Below, in pieces: positions 17,369 to 27,580 of a stretch of DNA of 64,000 nucleotides. Numbering within the stretch: the stretch's first letter is position 1; every line of letters starts with the position of its first letter. The DNA comes from a virus. Where the stretch lies: positions 49,660 through 113,659 of the IMG/VR virus record IMGVR_UViG_3300027749_000055. One strand, 5' to 3'. The notes beneath the pieces are model-generated. The model saw only the letters and a list, made by a program, of their open reading frames with translations. It was not told the DNA's origin and made no database searches. A program made the translations under genes and the position numbers.

Positions 17369-20300
17369 TTACTCAGCCACCGTTTCGTAGTTCCATTTGT
17401 CCCTACCGCCCAATAAGACTATCTCACGCTCACTATAGCAACCCAACCCCGTTTCAGCACAGGAAAAGACTCGGCTAGCGGGCGCAACGCCGGAGAGAAC
17501 CATACCTTTATAGTCACTCCCTTGGGTCGAGAAAGTGCCGTCGGCAAACTTTTGGGCAACAATTGAGTCATACGAGAACGAACTCAGGGGACGGGTGGCG
17601 ATTTCGGGGAATCCGCCAGCACCCGTGATTTCATTGAATTCGTCTTCGAAAAATTCCATACCTCGATACAGCGGGACTTGGGTAATACCGTTCTTGGCAA
17701 GGTAGCCCTGCGTCTCGTCGTATTGAGCACGGAGAAAGGCTCGGTAGAGGTCGCCATTTTTGCTGTATTCGTCGTCTACTTTGTTGCCGTCTTCACCTTG
17801 CCATTCAGCCGTTTCCTTCAGACCAAACTCTTCGGCGGCGGCTTTTTGAATCGCCAAATTCTTTGTGGTTTCGTTTGAACCAATTGCCCACAAACTTACA
17901 AGTGCGCTTGCGCCAAGTTCGGCAAGCCGTTGCTTGATTCGAGGGTCGTCGCCGTGAACAACCTCAGTGCCATTTTCAACCGCTTGGTCTGCGTCGGATT
18001 CTTTCAAAAGATAGGGTGCTTCAAAACCTTCGTCCCCAATGCTTCTAAAGGTGTAGAGGGAGTCGTGGTCGAAATAAACCTGTGGCACAACATCAAAGTC
18101 GCCCGCAATAAAACCCTGTTCCAATAAATAAAACCGAGGGCAAGCCGTAGCAAGGCGGTCAGCCCATTTGTCCCCCATACGAGCGGCAATATTTTCCGCC
18201 ACTTTTTGCTTCAGTTCGGGCGCAACTTGTTCTGAATCTTCAGGTTCCATTGAGTCACGGTCAAAATCTTCGCCCTCGATTGCCACGCCAAGTTTGTCTA
18301 CGAGTGGAACCATTGCGTCGTAGGAATCAACGTGTGGGTCAATTTTCCCAAGGGATTCCCTGTGTCGTCCTGAACCAGGCCCGCCCTTGCGGACAGAAAT
18401 CAACTTTGTGTAGTCAGGATTACTTGTAGATTTGGTGATAAACACTTTGTTAGGCTTTCGCCAGACGGTATCTTCAAAACCCATAACACGGTTGTATTTG
18501 GGGTCTAGGCTTTCAGCAAAGTTCTTTCCCGCTTGTGAAGCAAAGCCACCGTGCAAAATTAAGGGCTTGTCCCCCATCATTTTTATTTGGTTTCGCATAG
18601 CGTCCACCATTTTGCGAGCAATACCCTGACCACGCACTTTTTCATCGGTCTGAATGTGCCAGATTTTCACCACAGGGCCTGCGATGTTTTTGTCACCCCA
18701 GTCATAGTGCGCTTTCGCTTGACCGATGATTACACCGTCTTTGTTGCGAACTTCCATACCAATACGGTCATCATTACCGTATTTTCCGTCACTAAGCAAT
18801 CCTTCGTCAGCCGTGATTTTGTATTCATTGCCATTCTCGTCTGTGAAGGTTCGTTCGCCCTCACCCGTCTTAGTCCACTGATTACCCTCAGGCTTACGAC
18901 CCGAACCAGGCCCGCCCTTACCAATCTCGACGGGGCTATGACCCTCTCCTTGGTCGGCGGTGAAGCGAGACTGCTTGGCTTCTTGGCGATTTGATTCCGC
19001 CTTGGCTTCTAATTGCGTCTTTTCACTACCCTGCGCTTGCTTGGCGGCTGTCGAGTAAAGACGAGCGGCTGATTCGTGAGCAAAAGCGGCTGAATCCCAC
19101 TTCTCCTTACGGCGCAAGTCCCACGCCCGTTGCTCAGCAGTTTGAGCGGCTTGCAAAGATTTGGAAACGTTTTGGCTGTTTTTTTTGACTTCTTTTGCTT
19201 GGTCTTCTTCAAATTGTGCGACAATTGCTAGGTAGTAAAGACGAGAGGCTTCGGTTTCGTTGCCATTTTCTTGCTCACGCTTGGCTTCTTCACGCAGTTC
19301 CGAGGCGGTCAGGTCGCCGTCTTTTGACCGAGCGGCTATTTTTGCAACATCAGCGATTTTACTATCGTCAAGAACCGTAATGTAGTTGGCGTTTGGAACT
19401 ACTGCCGATAGGTCGTAGACAAGGCTGTGGTTCTCATCACTATAAGTGCCTTCGCCTTCGTTCACATAGTAATAACCATTTTTGGCGTTGTTTCTGGTAA
19501 TTTGCCCACGCATACGGCTATTGGCTTGGTCATCACCAACGGGCGACCACACGCTGTTTTTCATACTTCCCGTAATAATCACGGGGGTAATATCGGGCTT
19601 GCTGTCCATAGCGATAGGGGTTCCGTCGGAGTAAACCGCTTCGCCTTGGTGGTCGGCGGGGTAGTGGGGAATTTGCGCCCAATCGTCCTCAGCACCGTAG
19701 CCAGCACCCGTTGAGACGATAAGCGTCTTGCCGTATTCCTCGGTTCCGTCCCAATCCTTACCGTCAGCCCGTCTGCCAATTCGTGCTTCAAGTGCGTCCT
19801 TTGCGGCTTTGTAGCCCCCAACGTGAACGCCGTAAGAGGCTTGTTTGAGTCCGATTTTGCCATTTGGAGAGCCGTGCCAAAAAACAGCGTGTGATTCTCC
19901 GTCGGGGGTGGTAATCATTTCGGGAAGGGCGTAAGTCAATTCGCCCCAGAGTCCGCCCAAAAATTTTCCGTATCGCTTTGCGCCATTTTCTTTGTGCCTA
20001 CCGCTGCCCGGCCCACCCTTTTCCACCTTGTCCAACTGAGCAACAACTTTCTTTGCCCACGAATAACCAGCGTCTCCGCCCCACGCATACCAAGCAACCT
20101 TGCCTGGGCTGGGTTCGTTCCAATGCGGGCTGTCCTTGTCGCCTTGGTGACGGTCAAAATACGCCTTCATACGGCGAATGGTGGTTTCCGATACTGACGT
20201 ACCACGGGCGAGGTCTGAGGCTCGCTTGCGTCCAACGGGGGTGAAGCCAGAGCCAGCCTTGCCGTCTTTGAGCCATTCCAACGCTTTTTTTCCAGCGTCT

Positions 20301-21037
20301 TGAACGCCCTGCGGGGGTGAGAACGTGTCGGATTTTTCCACGACGGCGAGGGCTTGAAACGCCTCAATCAACTTGCACAAGTTTTGGTAGAGGTTGATGA
20401 ACTTTTCTTCCATTCCCACAGATTCAAAGAAGTGGCTGAGGGTAATGATTTTGCAAAGGGTGAACTGCAAGGATTCTTCGTCTACGCCTCGGTTCCAAAG
20501 TTCCGCTACAAACTCCGGCGAAGGGGTGCGAGGACGGAAATTACACAAAGCGTGGTCAATGCCCACAATGCGCCCGTCGGAGGTAAAGATGACGTTCTTG
20601 GGTCGGCGGTCAGAGTTGGCGGTCAGGTAGTCAAAAAGACGCAGAGCGGTTCCCTGAGCGTTGTCGGGAATCTCCTTGTCTGCGTTTTTACCAGACTCGC
20701 CTTCAATGTAAGGCATAATCACCGTTGTAGCGTCCATAGAGGTAAAGAAGCAGTCTCGGACAGGTGCGTTCATTGCTTCGCCTACACGGGCAGCCAACCA
20801 CTCCTGCGTGGCAAGGAGTGGTGCGGGGTAGAAGCGACCCGTCTTATTACCAACCCAATCCTTCAGGACTTTCTCCACGCCGCCAGAGCCGTCGGCAAAA
20901 ATGACGAATTGGAAACCGTTATTTTGCTTACCCCCGAAGGTTCCCTCTAGGGGGTTGCGTCGAACTATGTTTGTATTGGTAAATGTAACAAAATTAGGCT
21001 GGAAAGTGCCGTCCACGGCTAACCCCGATTCAGCCAC
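17369..21037 (-). CDS. Polyvalent protein: PI3K/HipA-like kinase, head-associated domain, ART-like, GNAT, C-terminal ADP-ribosyltransferase-like; 3 KGGPGSGR tags
   Basis: FDYLTANSDRRPKN...GIDHAL; FWHGS...GVHVG; VRGQGIARKMV; LYRGM...LSSFS...EREIV. Confidence 0.75.
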   Translation of the reverse strand: MAESGLAVDGTFQPNFVTFTNTNIVRRNPLEGTFGGKQNNGFQFVIFADGSGGVEKVLKDWVGNKTGRFYPAPLLATQEWLAARVGEAMNAPVRDCFFTSMDATTVIMPYIEGESGKNADKEIPDNAQGTALRLFDYLTANSDRRPKNVIFTSDGRIVGIDHALCNFRPRTPSPEFVAELWNRGVDEESLQFTLCKIITLSHFFESVGMEEKFINLYQNLCKLIEAFQALAVVEKSDTFSPPQGVQDAGKKALEWLKDGKAGSGFTPVGRKRASDLARGTSVSETTIRRMKAYFDRHQGDKDSPHWNEPSPGKVAWYAWGGDAGYSWAKKVVAQLDKVEKGGPGSGRHKENGAKRYGKFLGGLWGELTYALPEMITTPDGESHAVFWHGSPNGKIGLKQASYGVHVGGYKAAKDALEARIGRRADGKDWDGTEEYGKTLIVSTGAGYGAEDDWAQIPHYPADHQGEAVYSDGTPIAMDSKPDITPVIITGSMKNSVWSPVGDDQANSRMRGQITRNNAKNGYYYVNEGEGTYSDENHSLVYDLSAVVPNANYITVLDDSKIADVAKIAARSKDGDLTASELREEAKREQENGNETEASRLYYLAIVAQFEEDQAKEVKKNSQNVSKSLQAAQTAEQRAWDLRRKEKWDSAAFAHESAARLYSTAAKQAQGSEKTQLEAKAESNRQEAKQSRFTADQGEGHSPVEIGKGGPGSGRKPEGNQWTKTGEGERTFTDENGNEYKITADEGLLSDGKYGNDDRIGMEVRNKDGVIIGQAKAHYDWGDKNIAGPVVKIWHIQTDEKVRGQGIARKMVDAMRNQIKMMGDKPLILHGGFASQAGKNFAESLDPKYNRVMGFEDTVWRKPNKVFITKSTSNPDYTKLISVRKGGPGSGRHRESLGKIDPHVDSYDAMVPLVDKLGVAIEGEDFDRDSMEPEDSEQVAPELKQKVAENIAARMGDKWADRLATACPRFYLLEQGFIAGDFDVVPQVYFDHDSLYTFRSIGDEGFEAPYLLKESDADQAVENGTEVVHGDDPRIKQRLAELGASALVSLWAIGSNETTKNLAIQKAAAEEFGLKETAEWQGEDGNKVDDEYSKNGDLYRAFLRAQYDETQGYLAKNGITQVPLYRGMEFFEDEFNEITGAGGFPEIATRPLSSFSYDSIVAQKFADGTFSTQGSDYKGMVLSGVAPASRVFSCAETGLGCYSEREIVLLGGRDKWNYETVAE

Positions 21038-21354
21038 TCGTCAAATGAGGTCACAGTCGGTTCGGTGGTGGTGGTGGTGGTGCTGGGTTGCCACGGCGAA
21101 GTCAGCGGGGCGAGACAGGTTGAGCAGGATTTTGCCACGGCGTTTGTCGCAAACTTACGCTTGCCGTTGGCGGTCTTCTCAATGTCCGTCGGGGCGACAC
21201 GGGAGAGATTTTGGTGTCCGTTGGGGCACTTGGTAGTGAAAAGTAGGGCGTCAGGGGCGGTGTAGTTCAGCCCACGGTATTCACCCTTGTAAAACTCTTG
21301 ATAAACGCCACCCTTGCCCAGAAGCGACGCACTCGTAAAGTCGTTTGCTTCCAT
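21019..21354 (-). CDS. Hypothetical Zn-binding protein
   Basis: Start MEANDF; CPNGH...CSTC. Confidence 0.55.
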   Translation of the reverse strand: MEANDFTSASLLGKGGVYQEFYKGEYRGLNYTAPDALLFTTKCPNGHQNLSRVAPTDIEKTANGKRKFATNAVAKSCSTCLAPLTSPWQPSTTTTTTEPTVTSFDEWLNRG

Positions 21355-21587
21355 TATTGAGCGTCCTCGCTTTGCCAATTTTCTTCGGAACTGTCGTCTA
21401 GGTCGGAATTGGAAGTGAAAACCGAGGTTACGGTTCCCTCGCCCAACCAGCCCCATTCTTGCGAACCGTCGGGAGTATCGTCCCAAGTGGGGCGACCCAT
21501 AAACGCAGGCATTTTCCCACGCTTGTCCTCTTTGGCAACGTCAAGTTGGTATGCGGCAAGCACCCACTCGTAAATTTCGTTGCTCAT
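21354..21587 (-). CDS. Hypothetical acidic protein
   Basis: Start MSNEIYEWV after GGGAG RBS; TAATG coupling to next gene. Confidence 0.55.
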   Translation of the reverse strand: MSNEIYEWVLAAYQLDVAKEDKRGKMPAFMGRPTWDDTPDGSQEWGWLGEGTVTSVFTSNSDLDDSSEENWQSEDAQ

Positions 21588-21649
21588 CAGAACTCCCACG
21601 GACTAGAACTACAGCCCCAATCTACCTTACGGTTGAAGGGAAACTGTGT

Positions 21650-23365
21650 TTAGCCGTAAACAACGTCGCCGTAGAAGACGAGTTGCCAGAAAGCGTCGTT
21701 TCCGATTGCGTCGGTGTCGTCCAGCGCACCAAGTCGTCCGGCATACTTATCGTTGTATGCAGAGTAGGCACGGGCAATGTCGCTCATATTGGCAGTCTTG
21801 ACTGCTGAGTGGTCGCCGTCGTCTCCCTTTTCGGGGTCGTCGCACTTCGCCGTGAACGTAACCTTCGACCAATCATCAGTCGGGCTGGGCTTGCCGTCTT
21901 CTCCAAGGACATTTTCTTGGGATTCGTAACCAACGGTTCCGGTGTCCTTGCCGTTCGAAATCTTGATTTCGCCAAACCAACTGCCCCAATACGACATATT
22001 GCTGCACACTCCGTCGAGCAACTCACGGGCGTTCACGGGGGTTGGAATAGTCATCTTGTCGCCATTGAAGGCGGGGGCGGCTTGACCCATTTGGCTGCTG
22101 ATACTCGGACTAGCCGTTTCGAGTTCCGCTAGGTCAAGACCTTCTTCGTCCGCAACAATCTTGATTGCGTCGTTGATTGCGTCCGACAACTTCCCAGACG
22201 ATTCAAGAAGAGACATACCGTTGTCGTCGCCCAAATATTCGTGGTCTGAGTCAGTGAGGGCGTAGTAAGGCCAATAATCAGGCATTTGCTCGTCCTGCAA
22301 GGCGGACAACTTTTCGTCAGTGTCGAAACCGGCGGCAATCAGTTCTTCGCCGTCTTGGGCTGCGCTGCCATTGGGAAGGGGTTGATACAGTTCGTGTTCA
22401 CTGCTAACCAAGTATTTTCTACCTGACGGGGCGGTAATGGTAGCCATTGTTGCGCCCGCAGGTTGAAACTCTGCCCACTGACGGTCAGGGTTTACGTCTT
22501 CGTTTATCTTCAACTTCATTCCCTTGGGGAGAGAAAATGAAGAAGCGTCTAGCGTTGCGCCCTCAGGCTTACGACCCGAACCAGGCCCGCCCTTGCGAAC
22601 CTTAGACTTGGCATACTCCGAAGGAACGTTACCTTCCCATTGTTCCGGCATTTCACTAGGGTCTGCCTTGACGAGTGACGCAATTGCCCTGTCGGTGGTT
22701 GCGTTTGCTTCCTCAGCGTTGGAAATAGCGTCGCCGTGGTCGTTTAGTGCGCCTTCTTCGTCGCCACCCTCGAACTTTTGAACGGCGGAGTTGGCGAGTT
22801 GTGAAGCCAGCGAGTGCAACTCGGCAGCCTGACCAAAGAGAGCCGAGGCACTGTTGAGGTCACGACCTGCCTGACCATTGGTGACGAGCGACCGTTGGAA
22901 CAGTTCATTCTCATTGCCCTTGCAAATGTCCGCAAGGCGGGCAGACTCGTCTGCCGCTTCCTTCAGTTCGTCGGTGTCTTGGGCGTATTGAATAGCGGTG
23001 GGCTGCATACTTGCCGACATTTGGATATCGCCCGTCGTGTATGCGCTAGGACGACGACCCGAACCAGGCCCGCCCTTAGAGACTTCCTCGTCCGGCCAGA
23101 CACCGTTCACCGGCAGAACGTAGTAGTCGTCGTAGTGGTGTTCGGAGTATTCGGGGTCGTCCTCGTCCGGCATTGGGTCGTTCTCGTAGATGTGACTCCA
23201 ACCGTCCTCGAATGAGGGGAAAGTCTTGCCACCGAAAAGGGTGTTGTTAGCCCAATCCTTGATGTGGAAAAGGGTCTTGGTGCGACCACTGCCCGGCCCG
23301 CCCTTGGTGAGCGGGAACTCCGCCTCGTTTATGAGGTTATCGGTAGTAAAGGGGTTGTAGGTCAT
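21650..23365 (-). CDS. KGGxGSGR-tagged modular protein (3 tags)
   Basis: 571 aa; leader NPF...FPLTK; acidic modules. Confidence 0.8.
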   Translation of the reverse strand: MTYNPFTTDNLINEAEFPLTKGGPGSGRTKTLFHIKDWANNTLFGGKTFPSFEDGWSHIYENDPMPDEDDPEYSEHHYDDYYVLPVNGVWPDEEVSKGGPGSGRRPSAYTTGDIQMSASMQPTAIQYAQDTDELKEAADESARLADICKGNENELFQRSLVTNGQAGRDLNSASALFGQAAELHSLASQLANSAVQKFEGGDEEGALNDHGDAISNAEEANATTDRAIASLVKADPSEMPEQWEGNVPSEYAKSKVRKGGPGSGRKPEGATLDASSFSLPKGMKLKINEDVNPDRQWAEFQPAGATMATITAPSGRKYLVSSEHELYQPLPNGSAAQDGEELIAAGFDTDEKLSALQDEQMPDYWPYYALTDSDHEYLGDDNGMSLLESSGKLSDAINDAIKIVADEEGLDLAELETASPSISSQMGQAAPAFNGDKMTIPTPVNARELLDGVCSNMSYWGSWFGEIKISNGKDTGTVGYESQENVLGEDGKPSPTDDWSKVTFTAKCDDPEKGDDGDHSAVKTANMSDIARAYSAYNDKYAGRLGALDDTDAIGNDAFWQLVFYGDVVYG

Positions 23366-23374
23366 AATAAAATC

Positions 23375-24193
23375 CTATCTCACAATCTTCTTTAGTTCAG
23401 CCTTGATTTCCTTCGCCTTGTCTCCACGCCACGTCGAAGCGTTGGCGAGGAAGTAATTGACGATTGACTTTGCGGAGTCAAGTCCATACTTGTCCGTAAC
23501 GTCGTTTAGGTCGCCCATAGCGTCGAGGTAGGGCTTTGCGCCAAAGAAAACCTTGGAACCCCAATCACGGCGAATTTCTGAAGCGATTTCACTGAGGGGG
23601 CGGTGTCCCGATTGGGTCATATTTCCAGCCTCAGCAGTGCGTCCCGAACCCGGCCCACCCTTTTTGACGGACATAGCGTCGAGTTGAGCAATGGCGGAGT
23701 CAAGAGCCTTACTCATATCCTTGGAAAAATCCACCCAACTTTGAGGGGTTTCGGGGTTATCAAGACGTTCTTGTGGCGAACCCCAACGCTTGTAGTCCTC
23801 GTTTATGTCGTAAAGAAAGCCTGACCATTCTTCGGGAGTCTCAATCTTGCTCACTCGCTTGTCGTTGAGATACATATCACGGTCAGAAACAATTTCGTCA
23901 AGTTCTTCGTGGTTAAAGTTTTCCTTCAGAACGTTAGCGATAGCAACGTCCGTGGTTCCAAGGCTCTTTTCCCATTGGTTGCCACGGAACGGGTGTCCGC
24001 CCGCTTCGCCCTTTTGGAAACGCTCTGCCTTTTGGAAGAACAGTTCAAGTTCGACAGGTGAAAAAAGTTCAGACACAGCAAACGTAGACTTGTGAACCTT
24101 CGCACCACGCCGAGGGCGAGGCTTGCGAGTAGTTGAGCGTGACGACTTACGAGCCGCCTTTGCCATAAAGTCTTCTAAGCGTTCTTCGGACAC
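23375..24193 (-). CDS. Tagged modular protein (1 tag plus KGEAGGHPFRGNQW variant)
   Basis: 272 aa; C-terminal RPLSEIASEIRRDW...PYLDAM...YFLANASTWRG module. Confidence 0.8.
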   Translation of the reverse strand: MSEERLEDFMAKAARKSSRSTTRKPRPRRGAKVHKSTFAVSELFSPVELELFFQKAERFQKGEAGGHPFRGNQWEKSLGTTDVAIANVLKENFNHEELDEIVSDRDMYLNDKRVSKIETPEEWSGFLYDINEDYKRWGSPQERLDNPETPQSWVDFSKDMSKALDSAIAQLDAMSVKKGGPGSGRTAEAGNMTQSGHRPLSEIASEIRRDWGSKVFFGAKPYLDAMGDLNDVTDKYGLDSAKSIVNYFLANASTWRGDKAKEIKAELKKIVR

Positions 24194-24225
24194 AGTTTTT
24201 GCCTTTCTAGCAGTGAAATACAGGA

Positions 24226-25437
24226 CTAGGCGGACATAAAGCCGGTGTCGCCCATAACCCGACTCGTTTCACCACGGGTGGGGCTGGTCGCTGCTTCAGC
24301 GGAAATTCCAGCCTTCTCACGGCAAACGCCAGCCAAGTGCTTCGCACCATACGCCATATTACGAGCGTCGGCAGCCTTTTCCTTCCACTGCTCACCAAGT
24401 GCAGCGTCAGCGTCCTTGTGACCCTTGGCAGCCCATTCGAGGTGAGTGCCACCGAAACCGTGGGCGTGACCCTGAGCCAACATAAGCAACTTCGACGCTT
24501 CGTCATACTTCTCAGCAGCCTGAGCGTAAGTGTCCTTGCTCTTGGTCTTGTCGGCTTCGCTACGCAACTTGTCGGCAGAACGGAGAGCCTCACGACCAGC
24601 CTTGAAATTAGCCTCGTAGCCAGCCCCGTAGTTCTTGTTACGGGTCTTCCAGCCAACACGGACGGTCTTGCCCTCAGGAGTCTTCTCACGGGTGTTTACA
24701 AGTTCGCCTGTGTGCTGGTTGGCACGACCACCACCGTCGCCCTTGTGACGACCTGAGCGACCCTTCACGCCATACTTGGTGACGTTGATGTAGGACTGAA
24801 ATCCCGCCGACTTTTGGAAGTCACGGGTAAGAAGCGAAGAAGTGCTGAACGACTTAGAAAAATCTTCGTCCTCGTCGTAGTAGGTGTCCTCAGCCTGTGC
24901 AGGGAAACGACCCATTTGGCTTTCGTGAACCAAACCGTCGTTCAAACCTGAGCAGCACGGGCACGACGAGTCGCCGTCACCGAAGCAAAGGGGGCACATA
25001 ACCAAAACGGCTTCCTTGGCAAACTTCATTTCAATTCCTTTCGCTGCGGGCGCAGACTTAGTAATTTGGGGGGTTGATTCGCCCTTGGCAAAGTCACGCA
25101 GACCGCCAAGGATTTCCGAAGCCTTGGTGAACATTTCACCAGCCGCTTCGTGTGCCTTGTCTGCCTCACGGAAGCCAGCAAGTGCGTTGTTGTAAGCCTT
25201 CTTCAACTCGGTGGAGTTCCAAGCGTTCTTAGCCACCGCCTCGAAGTATGCGATTTCGGTAGCCTTCAGGTATTCCGTAGCCTTTTGGAGACGGAATGAG
25301 GTGTTTTCCAATTCGCCACGGGCGACCACTTCGTCACGGCTCGCTTTAGCAATTTGAGTGGCGGCGAGAACGGGGTCTGCTGAACCCTTCTGCACAAACG
25401 AGACAGTCTTGGGGGAACTGTTGGGAACCTGAATCAT
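24226..25437 (-). CDS. Modular protein with variant tag VTKYGVKGRSGRH and Cys cluster
   Basis: 403 aa; CPLC...CPCC; many hydrophobic-x-K-[SAG] sites. Confidence 0.75.
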   Translation of the reverse strand: MIQVPNSSPKTVSFVQKGSADPVLAATQIAKASRDEVVARGELENTSFRLQKATEYLKATEIAYFEAVAKNAWNSTELKKAYNNALAGFREADKAHEAAGEMFTKASEILGGLRDFAKGESTPQITKSAPAAKGIEMKFAKEAVLVMCPLCFGDGDSSCPCCSGLNDGLVHESQMGRFPAQAEDTYYDEDEDFSKSFSTSSLLTRDFQKSAGFQSYINVTKYGVKGRSGRHKGDGGGRANQHTGELVNTREKTPEGKTVRVGWKTRNKNYGAGYEANFKAGREALRSADKLRSEADKTKSKDTYAQAAEKYDEASKLLMLAQGHAHGFGGTHLEWAAKGHKDADAALGEQWKEKAADARNMAYGAKHLAGVCREKAGISAEAATSPTRGETSRVMGDTGFMSA

Positions 25438-25466
25438 TGGAAAAATCCTTTCGGTTGTTCGTGAAA

Positions 25467-25490
25467 ATGCTACACCGCACTTTGGAAAAA
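25467..25490 (-). promoter_or_regulatory. Late promoter-like motif
   Basis: TTTTTCCAAA gtgcggtg TAGCAT. Confidence 0.55.
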
Positions 25491-25496
25491 GGCGGT

Positions 25497-26657
25497 CTAG
25501 TTACCCTCTGCTTCGGAAGCGGCGTGTGAAGAGTCGGCTGCGCCGAATGAAGCACCGTCAGCGTCGTCGTGCAGGCTGTTCAAATACTCGTCTTCTTCGT
25601 CATCTGAGGTCTTCCACGCTCGACGGTGTGCCTCGGCTGCGTAGTGGTGCTCTTGAGCGGCTTCACGGTGCGCCTTGGCTACTTCCGGCTTGCCAGCAAC
25701 GTCGGCGGTCTGAGCGAGGATTTCGTGTTCCTTGGCAAGACCTTCGTGCTGTCGAGCGGCTTCGGCGGTGTAGGCGACCATTGTGTCGTCTGAGAGTTTG
25801 TCGGCTCGGTCAGCAATGTCCTTGGAAGCCTTCTTGGTGTAATCAGCGTCCTTGCCGGAGTCCTTTTTACCACCGCTGGTCTTGGACGAATTGCCCTTCG
25901 AACCCTTTGGGTAACGACCCGAACCCTCACCGCCCTTGGTGACGGAGGCTGAGGCTGACCGCATAGCGGCTGACTGCATAACGGGGGCTAGTGAGCGTGA
26001 AGCGATGGTTTGGATATAGTCGGCAACATTTTCGGCTGCGTATCGCTTTGCGTTTTCCAAAGTAGGCCCGACGGGAGTGTGTTCGAAAAACTTGCTTGGC
26101 TTCCCAGCCTCACTGACGGTGAAATAACCGCTGACGTAACCACGGGCGGGACGACCATTATCGCCAAGTGATTGCTGACTACGGTAGGTAATCGTCAAAT
26201 CGTGACCAGCAACGGCAGCACCTTGGGAGTCGCCATTCTTCATTTGGGTCAGTGAGCCAACAAAAAGTCGAATCGGGGTCATTTCGAGGATATTTGCACC
26301 CTCGGCGTGACGACCTGAACCCGCACCACCCTTGGCGACCATATATTCACCGTTGTAGATAAGGGTGGACTTGTCGTTAGCGTCCATACCAGCACCAAAC
26401 ATTGCGCCAGCGGCTTCGAGCAGTTGGGCACGGTTGGCGGGGTTCACCTCGACGGCTCGAACAAGGTCATCACGGCAGGAAAAGAACTCCGCAGAAGCGG
26501 TCAGCATAAGGTTGCTCGCCTCACGGATTTCACCATTGGCGTAAGCGGCTTCGGCAAACTTCATCAACGACGCACCGAGTTCAGCCTTCTTCTGAGCGTT
26601 AGCAAGCACCGAGTTCAGGCTGGCTGCGCCGTGATTCTTATTGACATTCTTCATCAT
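25497..26657 (-). CDS. KGGxGSGR-tagged modular protein (2 tags)
   Basis: 386 aa; His/Ala helical C-terminal module. Confidence 0.8.
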   Translation of the reverse strand: MMKNVNKNHGAASLNSVLANAQKKAELGASLMKFAEAAYANGEIREASNLMLTASAEFFSCRDDLVRAVEVNPANRAQLLEAAGAMFGAGMDANDKSTLIYNGEYMVAKGGAGSGRHAEGANILEMTPIRLFVGSLTQMKNGDSQGAAVAGHDLTITYRSQQSLGDNGRPARGYVSGYFTVSEAGKPSKFFEHTPVGPTLENAKRYAAENVADYIQTIASRSLAPVMQSAAMRSASASVTKGGEGSGRYPKGSKGNSSKTSGGKKDSGKDADYTKKASKDIADRADKLSDDTMVAYTAEAARQHEGLAKEHEILAQTADVAGKPEVAKAHREAAQEHHYAAEAHRRAWKTSDDEEDEYLNSLHDDADGASFGAADSSHAASEAEGN

Positions 26658-26663
26658 TTTTCC

Positions 26664-27578
26664 TTACGCTTGACCGTCACGACGGACGGCTTCTTCAAAG
26701 TCTTTGTCGGCACGGGCGGGAACGCCTCGAAGGTCGGCTGCCTTGGCACTGCGCTGAACCCACGACGGGTGAAGGGTGGAAACATCACGGAGTGAAGCCG
26801 CAAGTCCACCGTGGCGAAGGTTGGCAGAACCGTGTTCCTTGATTGCTTTTTCCAAAGAAGGCAGGACTTCGGGCGATACTTTGTCTCGCATAGCCATAAG
26901 AGCCTTTTTCACGCCGACGTGTGCGGCGGCTACGTCACGGTGGTAGGCGTAAACCTCGTCCTCGTCACGCATATTGTGAGGCTTACCCAACTTGCTGTCC
27001 AAAAGAGTCTTGGCGTTCTTGTAGTTGTCGTAGCCGTGAGGGGTGCGACCAGAGCCAGGCCCACCTTTACGGAGAGCCGACTTGTGGGCGTATCCAAAGT
27101 AGCCACTCAGGTCAGCGACGGGAGGCTCGACGGTGGCGGGGGGTGCGGTGGGCATTTCACGCTCAATGAGGTCAATAAGGCTGTTGGTCACATCTGCGCT
27201 GTCTCGAAAGAGACGAGCGGTGTCGTAGTTGTCTACCATTGAGTGAAAGTATGCGTCGTTACGCATTTTGCTCACATCTTCACGCATTTCGGCAATGTGC
27301 TGGCTCAAAGGCTTCGAGTATGCCGCCTCAATGCGGTCTGCCATTGAGGTAGCAGTGCGACCAATTCGTGCATTTTGACGGCGAACCTGACCAATAATCG
27401 TGTCGCCGTATTCGGGCTTGTATCGGTTGCCGAGAACGTCGGTCTTGGGTCGCTTGCCGGTGCGGGGGGAGTCCCAATCGTTTGCCTTGGCTTCGGCGGC
27501 GATAGCACGAAGACGGGCAACCGCTTGTGCGTGTCGCCCAGAGCCAGGCCCGCCCTTAGTGAATTCGAACTTAGACAT
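26664..27578 (-). CDS. KGGxGSGR-tagged modular protein (2 tags)
   Basis: Start MSKFEFTKGGPGSGRH, just after the Dps stop. Confidence 0.8.
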   Translation of the reverse strand: MSKFEFTKGGPGSGRHAQAVARLRAIAAEAKANDWDSPRTGKRPKTDVLGNRYKPEYGDTIIGQVRRQNARIGRTATSMADRIEAAYSKPLSQHIAEMREDVSKMRNDAYFHSMVDNYDTARLFRDSADVTNSLIDLIEREMPTAPPATVEPPVADLSGYFGYAHKSALRKGGPGSGRTPHGYDNYKNAKTLLDSKLGKPHNMRDEDEVYAYHRDVAAAHVGVKKALMAMRDKVSPEVLPSLEKAIKEHGSANLRHGGLAASLRDVSTLHPSWVQRSAKAADLRGVPARADKDFEEAVRRDGQA

Positions 27579-27580
27579 AA

